A model generated the notes under the pieces. The model ran no database searches. It worked only from the letters and a program-made list of their open reading frames with translations, and had not been told where the DNA came from. From Phyllobacteriaceae bacterium (GTDB lineage: Bacteria > Pseudomonadota > Alphaproteobacteria > Rhizobiales > Rhizobiaceae), in contig JAMLIH010000009.1 of NCBI GenBank assembly GCA_023954255.1, positions 4,502 through 68,501 of the forward strand: a stretch of 64,000 nucleotides of DNA, in the 5' to 3' direction. How positions within the stretch are numbered: position 1 is the first letter of the stretch; the number at the start of each line of letters is the position of its first letter. This document shows, one piece after another, positions 61,097 to 64,000 of the stretch. The position numbers and the translations under genes were made by a program.

Positions 61097-62543
61097 TTAG
61101 CCTGCCTGCGCGCCGATGCGGCTATCCAGCAGCGCAAAGTAGCTTTCCAGCATTGCTTCCTCCGCGAACTTCGGGTGCGGGTAAGCAAGGCCCTTCTTGG
61201 CAAGCAGGTTCATCGCCGCGTTGGCCTCAAAAAGGATCAGCCTTCCGTCGTCGGCAACATCGAAATCGACGCCGAAGCAATCCAGCTTGACCCGCTCCCT
61301 GATTCGCTGAAGCGCTGTCATGGCTGTTTCTCCGACATAGGTTTTGAAATCGCGACATGCGACTTCTTCTTCCTCCAGCAGTTGAGGGTCTGCTTCGAAA
61401 AGGCCCTGCGGTGCGGGTCGCTGCGGTGGCCGTGCACTTTCCAGTCTTCGCCGTAGTCCAGTCGCAGCGGATGGAGGTCCTGTCCGACAAAGGCGGCCCG
61501 CAATTTGCGGAACAGGCCGGGCCTCGGGTGGTTTTCGATAAACCGGATGGCGAAAATACCGCCGGGGGCCTGTTCCAGGAAGTGCTCGGCATCCTCCCTG
61601 TTCTGGCACGCTTCCATGTTGATCCCGTTTTGAAAGAACGGACTGCGCAAAATAACCGGGTACTCGAAGGATTTCTCAATCTCGACTATGATTTCGTCAT
61701 CTGCCGACCTGTCGTCCCGTTTGTAGAAAACCGTCTCCGGAACGACAATGTCGCTGCAGCCGTCCAGAAGGTCTGCAAGCTTGTTTCGCGCCGTCACGGC
61801 AGCAGCCTGCGGATTGTTGATACACGGCATGTTCCAGTGGCGGATTGCAGCCTCCGTGGCTTCGACAAGGCGCGGGTCGCCCAGCGCTTCATTCACCACA
61901 TTGGAAACCAGAAGGTCGGGCGCGGGAACCATCGACAGCTTTCGCTCGGTTGCCGCTGCGTCCACGAACACGGAGGCGTAGTTGAATCGATCCGGGTAGC
62001 GATCCACGACCTGGCTTATGAGATTGCCGCCGAAATGGATCGATGTTGTCGCCTGCGGATCGGCAATGACTGCGGGTTGTTGCTTCAACACGTAGAGATT
62101 TGGCTTGTCGGGGTCCGGCCGCCGGAACGATGAAACCGTATACTCGTTGGCATAGGCAGCGGCTTTGGCGATTGCTGATTCCGGCTCCGCACCGCGTGCT
62201 GCAAGCGCTGCATCGAGCAGCATCCAGCCGCCGAAGGGAAAGATCCTGCTCGTAAGCTTCCTGCCAACTGGCGAGCCCTGACGTCATCTTCGGCGTAAAA
62301 ACGCGATCTGGGCGAGAAACCACGCCTTCCCACGCCGGCAACACCGTCGACGATGGCGCCGAGCTTGGCTGCGGCTTGCTGTTGTTCGCTGCTCGACAAA
62401 GTACGGATCTTGCGCCGCAGCAATTTCAATTGCCTTGGTGCAGCTGACATCACTTTTGGCAGCGCCGGCGAGTTCAGTATTTCCGAAGGGCCGGCATTTT
62501 CGAAATGCAGCAAAATATCGTCTAGACTTTTGACGGTTGTCAT
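61097..62543 (-). pseudogene. ATP-grasp (RimK/GshB-like) protein with a helical N-terminus, split by at least two frameshifts
   Basis: PCINNP, YPVILRSP, RKLRAAFVG and FGVDFDVADDGRLILFEANAAM are spread over frames 62085..62612, 61318..62223 and 61097..61609. Breaks at the T4 run 61398-61401 and at about 62230-62300. Confidence 0.7.
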
Positions 62544-62686
62544 GTGTATCCCTTGCCGGAATTGTTTGGAGCGCGAAGACGCCCGCTCGTGTCGAGAAGC
62601 GAGCATTCGCAAATCCCTCCATCCCTGGATCGTTACACGTTTCGAAAGAAACGGGACAACGATATAGTCGGTGGCTTCTTTGTGCG

Positions 62687-62735
62687 TTCAGGTTTTGCCG
62701 ATTCCGCCAAAACCTGAATTGCTCTAACGCAATTC
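62687..62735. promoter_or_regulatory. Two overlapping inverted repeats in the divergent promoter region
   Basis: TTCAGGTTTTG-N10-CAAAACCTGAA (62687-62718) and GAATTGC-N6-GCAATTC (62716-62735). Confidence 0.5.
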
Positions 62736-62756
62736 GGGGCAGAAATGGAAGGTTTC

Positions 62757-63545
62757 ATGGAAAAGCCAACCCTCAGGGTGGGCTCTGTCTCCCGGATGTC
62801 CCCCGAAGATCACGCCCGGCTCAGAGAGCAGGTCGAGGCTCATGGCTGCGTTCACCTGATCCAGACCGGCGAGCAGGACAGCCCGGTCGACACCTTGCGT
62901 GCCCTTTCCGTTCATTTCGGTGATCCCGTTTTTCACAATCTGTCCGACGAATACGGCATTCATCCGATCCGTTATATTCCCGGTTACCCCGAATACGCCA
63001 ATGCCAATGTGGAAGAGCTTGGCCTGCACACCGACGGTTCTTTCGAAAAGACCCCGCCGGCTTTCATGCTGATCCACTGCGAGGCCGCATCCGGCGAAGG
63101 GGGCGACAGCACCCTCGCTTCGGGAGACAGGCTGTACAACCATCTGAAGGCGGCCCATCCCGATTATCTCGCGGCCCTGTCGGCTCCCGGCGCCTTCACC
63201 ATCTGGCGCGACGACCGCATGGCCGAACGCTCTGTTTTCACGCAGATGGGAAAGCGTATCCGCCTTGCCTACCGCTCCGGCTATGATGTGCGCATCGATA
63301 TTCGCGAGGATGCGGTCGAGGCGTTCCACCATGTACGTGACTGGCTGCTGCAGCCGGAAAACTTCGTCCGGTTTAAGCTGCAGCCCGGCGAGACGCTGAT
63401 CTTCGACAACATGCGCATGCTGCATGGCCGCACCGCCTTTTCGAGAGATTCCAACCGCTCGCTCTATGGCCTGTGGTGCAATGGTGTCAGCGGAGACGGC
63501 AATGCGGTTTCCTGCGGCATCGACCCCGGCCGTCTGGCAGCCTGA
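62757..63545 (+). CDS. TauD/TfdA family Fe(II)/2-oxoglutarate dioxygenase
   Basis: LHTDGS (HxD), LIHC, FDNMRMLHGRTAF (distal His and Arg). Start is 62745 or 62757. Confidence 0.9.
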   Translation: MEKPTLRVGSVSRMSPEDHARLREQVEAHGCVHLIQTGEQDSPVDTLRALSVHFGDPVFHNLSDEYGIHPIRYIPGYPEYANANVEELGLHTDGSFEKTPPAFMLIHCEAASGEGGDSTLASGDRLYNHLKAAHPDYLAALSAPGAFTIWRDDRMAERSVFTQMGKRIRLAYRSGYDVRIDIREDAVEAFHHVRDWLLQPENFVRFKLQPGETLIFDNMRMLHGRTAFSRDSNRSLYGLWCNGVSGDGNAVSCGIDPGRLAA

Positions 63546-63679
63546 AGTACGTCCGCCCTTGCCGAACCTGCAGAAGAGGCAGGGGCTTTCCGGCGATGGC
63601 GGGTTTGCCGGCGAGGCGTCCGGTTCCGTTTACCCCTGATGATCGACAAGCCGGCCCCGCCCGCTGGCCCCGCCCTCGG

Positions 63680-63699
63680 GCCTTGACCCACGTCAAGGC
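63680..63699. promoter_or_regulatory. FNR/FixK-type box TTGAC-CCAC-GTCAA within a 20-bp palindrome
   Basis: GCCTTGAC-ccac-GTCAAGGC, centred about 96 bp upstream of ATG 63786. Confidence 0.65.
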
Positions 63700-63785
63700 A
63701 TGCGGTCTTCAATATGCTCATGGTGATTTTCGGGAACCGCCGAGGCTCCCGGATTGAGGCATGCAATCAGGAGGAGGATCACAGG

Positions 63786-64000
63786 ATGTCTGTTTCAAAA
63801 ATCCATCATGCGTGGATGTCGGCGCTCGCGGCGTTGCTTTCGGCATGGCTTGTTTCCGCGCCGGCTCATGCGGCAGGTGACGATGTTGAGAAGCGTACCA
63901 CGAATGAAGCCTATGAGGACGTCGTGCAGGCAGCGCAGGACGCAATCATCAATCGGGGCTACGTGATTGATTATCACGGCCACATTGGCGACATGCTGGA
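63786..64000 (+). CDS. Exported DUF302-like protein, truncated by the window end
   Basis: Absent from the ORF track. AGGAGGAGG RBS; MSVSKIHHAWMSALAALLSAWLVSAPAHA signal, then YEDVVQAAQDAIINRGYVIDYHGHIGDML. Confidence 0.75.
   Translation, partial: MSVSKIHHAWMSALAALLSAWLVSAPAHAAGDDVEKRTTNEAYEDVVQAAQDAIINRGYVIDYHGHIGDML

Noticed and set aside
63648-63676. GGCCCCGCCC direct repeat
   Set aside because: Only two short GC-only copies, so chance is likely; no CRISPR or REP periodicity.
1-64000. CRISPR arrays, tRNA/rRNA, IS elements, integrases, defence systems
   Set aside because: None recognised by eye. A tRNAscan/ISEScan/DefenseFinder run would confirm.

Overview
Chromosomal segment of a GC-rich alphaproteobacterium. 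Gene content, gene order and CtrA-type boxes point to Hyphomicrobiales/Rhizobiales. In order, it holds: gpmA-dapB-MsbA-like exporter; a dispersed nucleoside uptake and salvage cluster (BMP protein, ABC ATPase and permeases, cdd, PNP, deoC, deoA, upp, add, deoB); a complete Tad/Cpa pilus locus, including a 52-aa Flp pilin missing from the ORF track; an M17 aminopeptidase-MarR-NlpC/P60 block converging on ghrA and a yejAABEF peptide ABC operon; cycM, kdsB and pheA; a class II HMG-CoA reductase followed by a TRAP transporter whose small subunit carries an unusual TM2 plus coiled-coil N-terminal fusion; nudC and a HIT gene; the SRP RNA ffs with dnaX-ybaB-recR; and a 60.3-63.5 kb accessory block with a multiply disrupted GATase, a frameshifted ATP-grasp gene and an intact TauD-like dioxygenase, followed by a DUF302-like gene with an FNR-type box. 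I saw no rRNA, tRNA, CRISPR array, transposase or integrase. The best candidate for an undescribed system is mvaA plus the TM2-DctQ TRAP transporter (putative mevalonate or hydroxy-acid scavenging); the ATP-grasp/TauD divergon is second. All family calls come from motif recognition by eye, without database searches.
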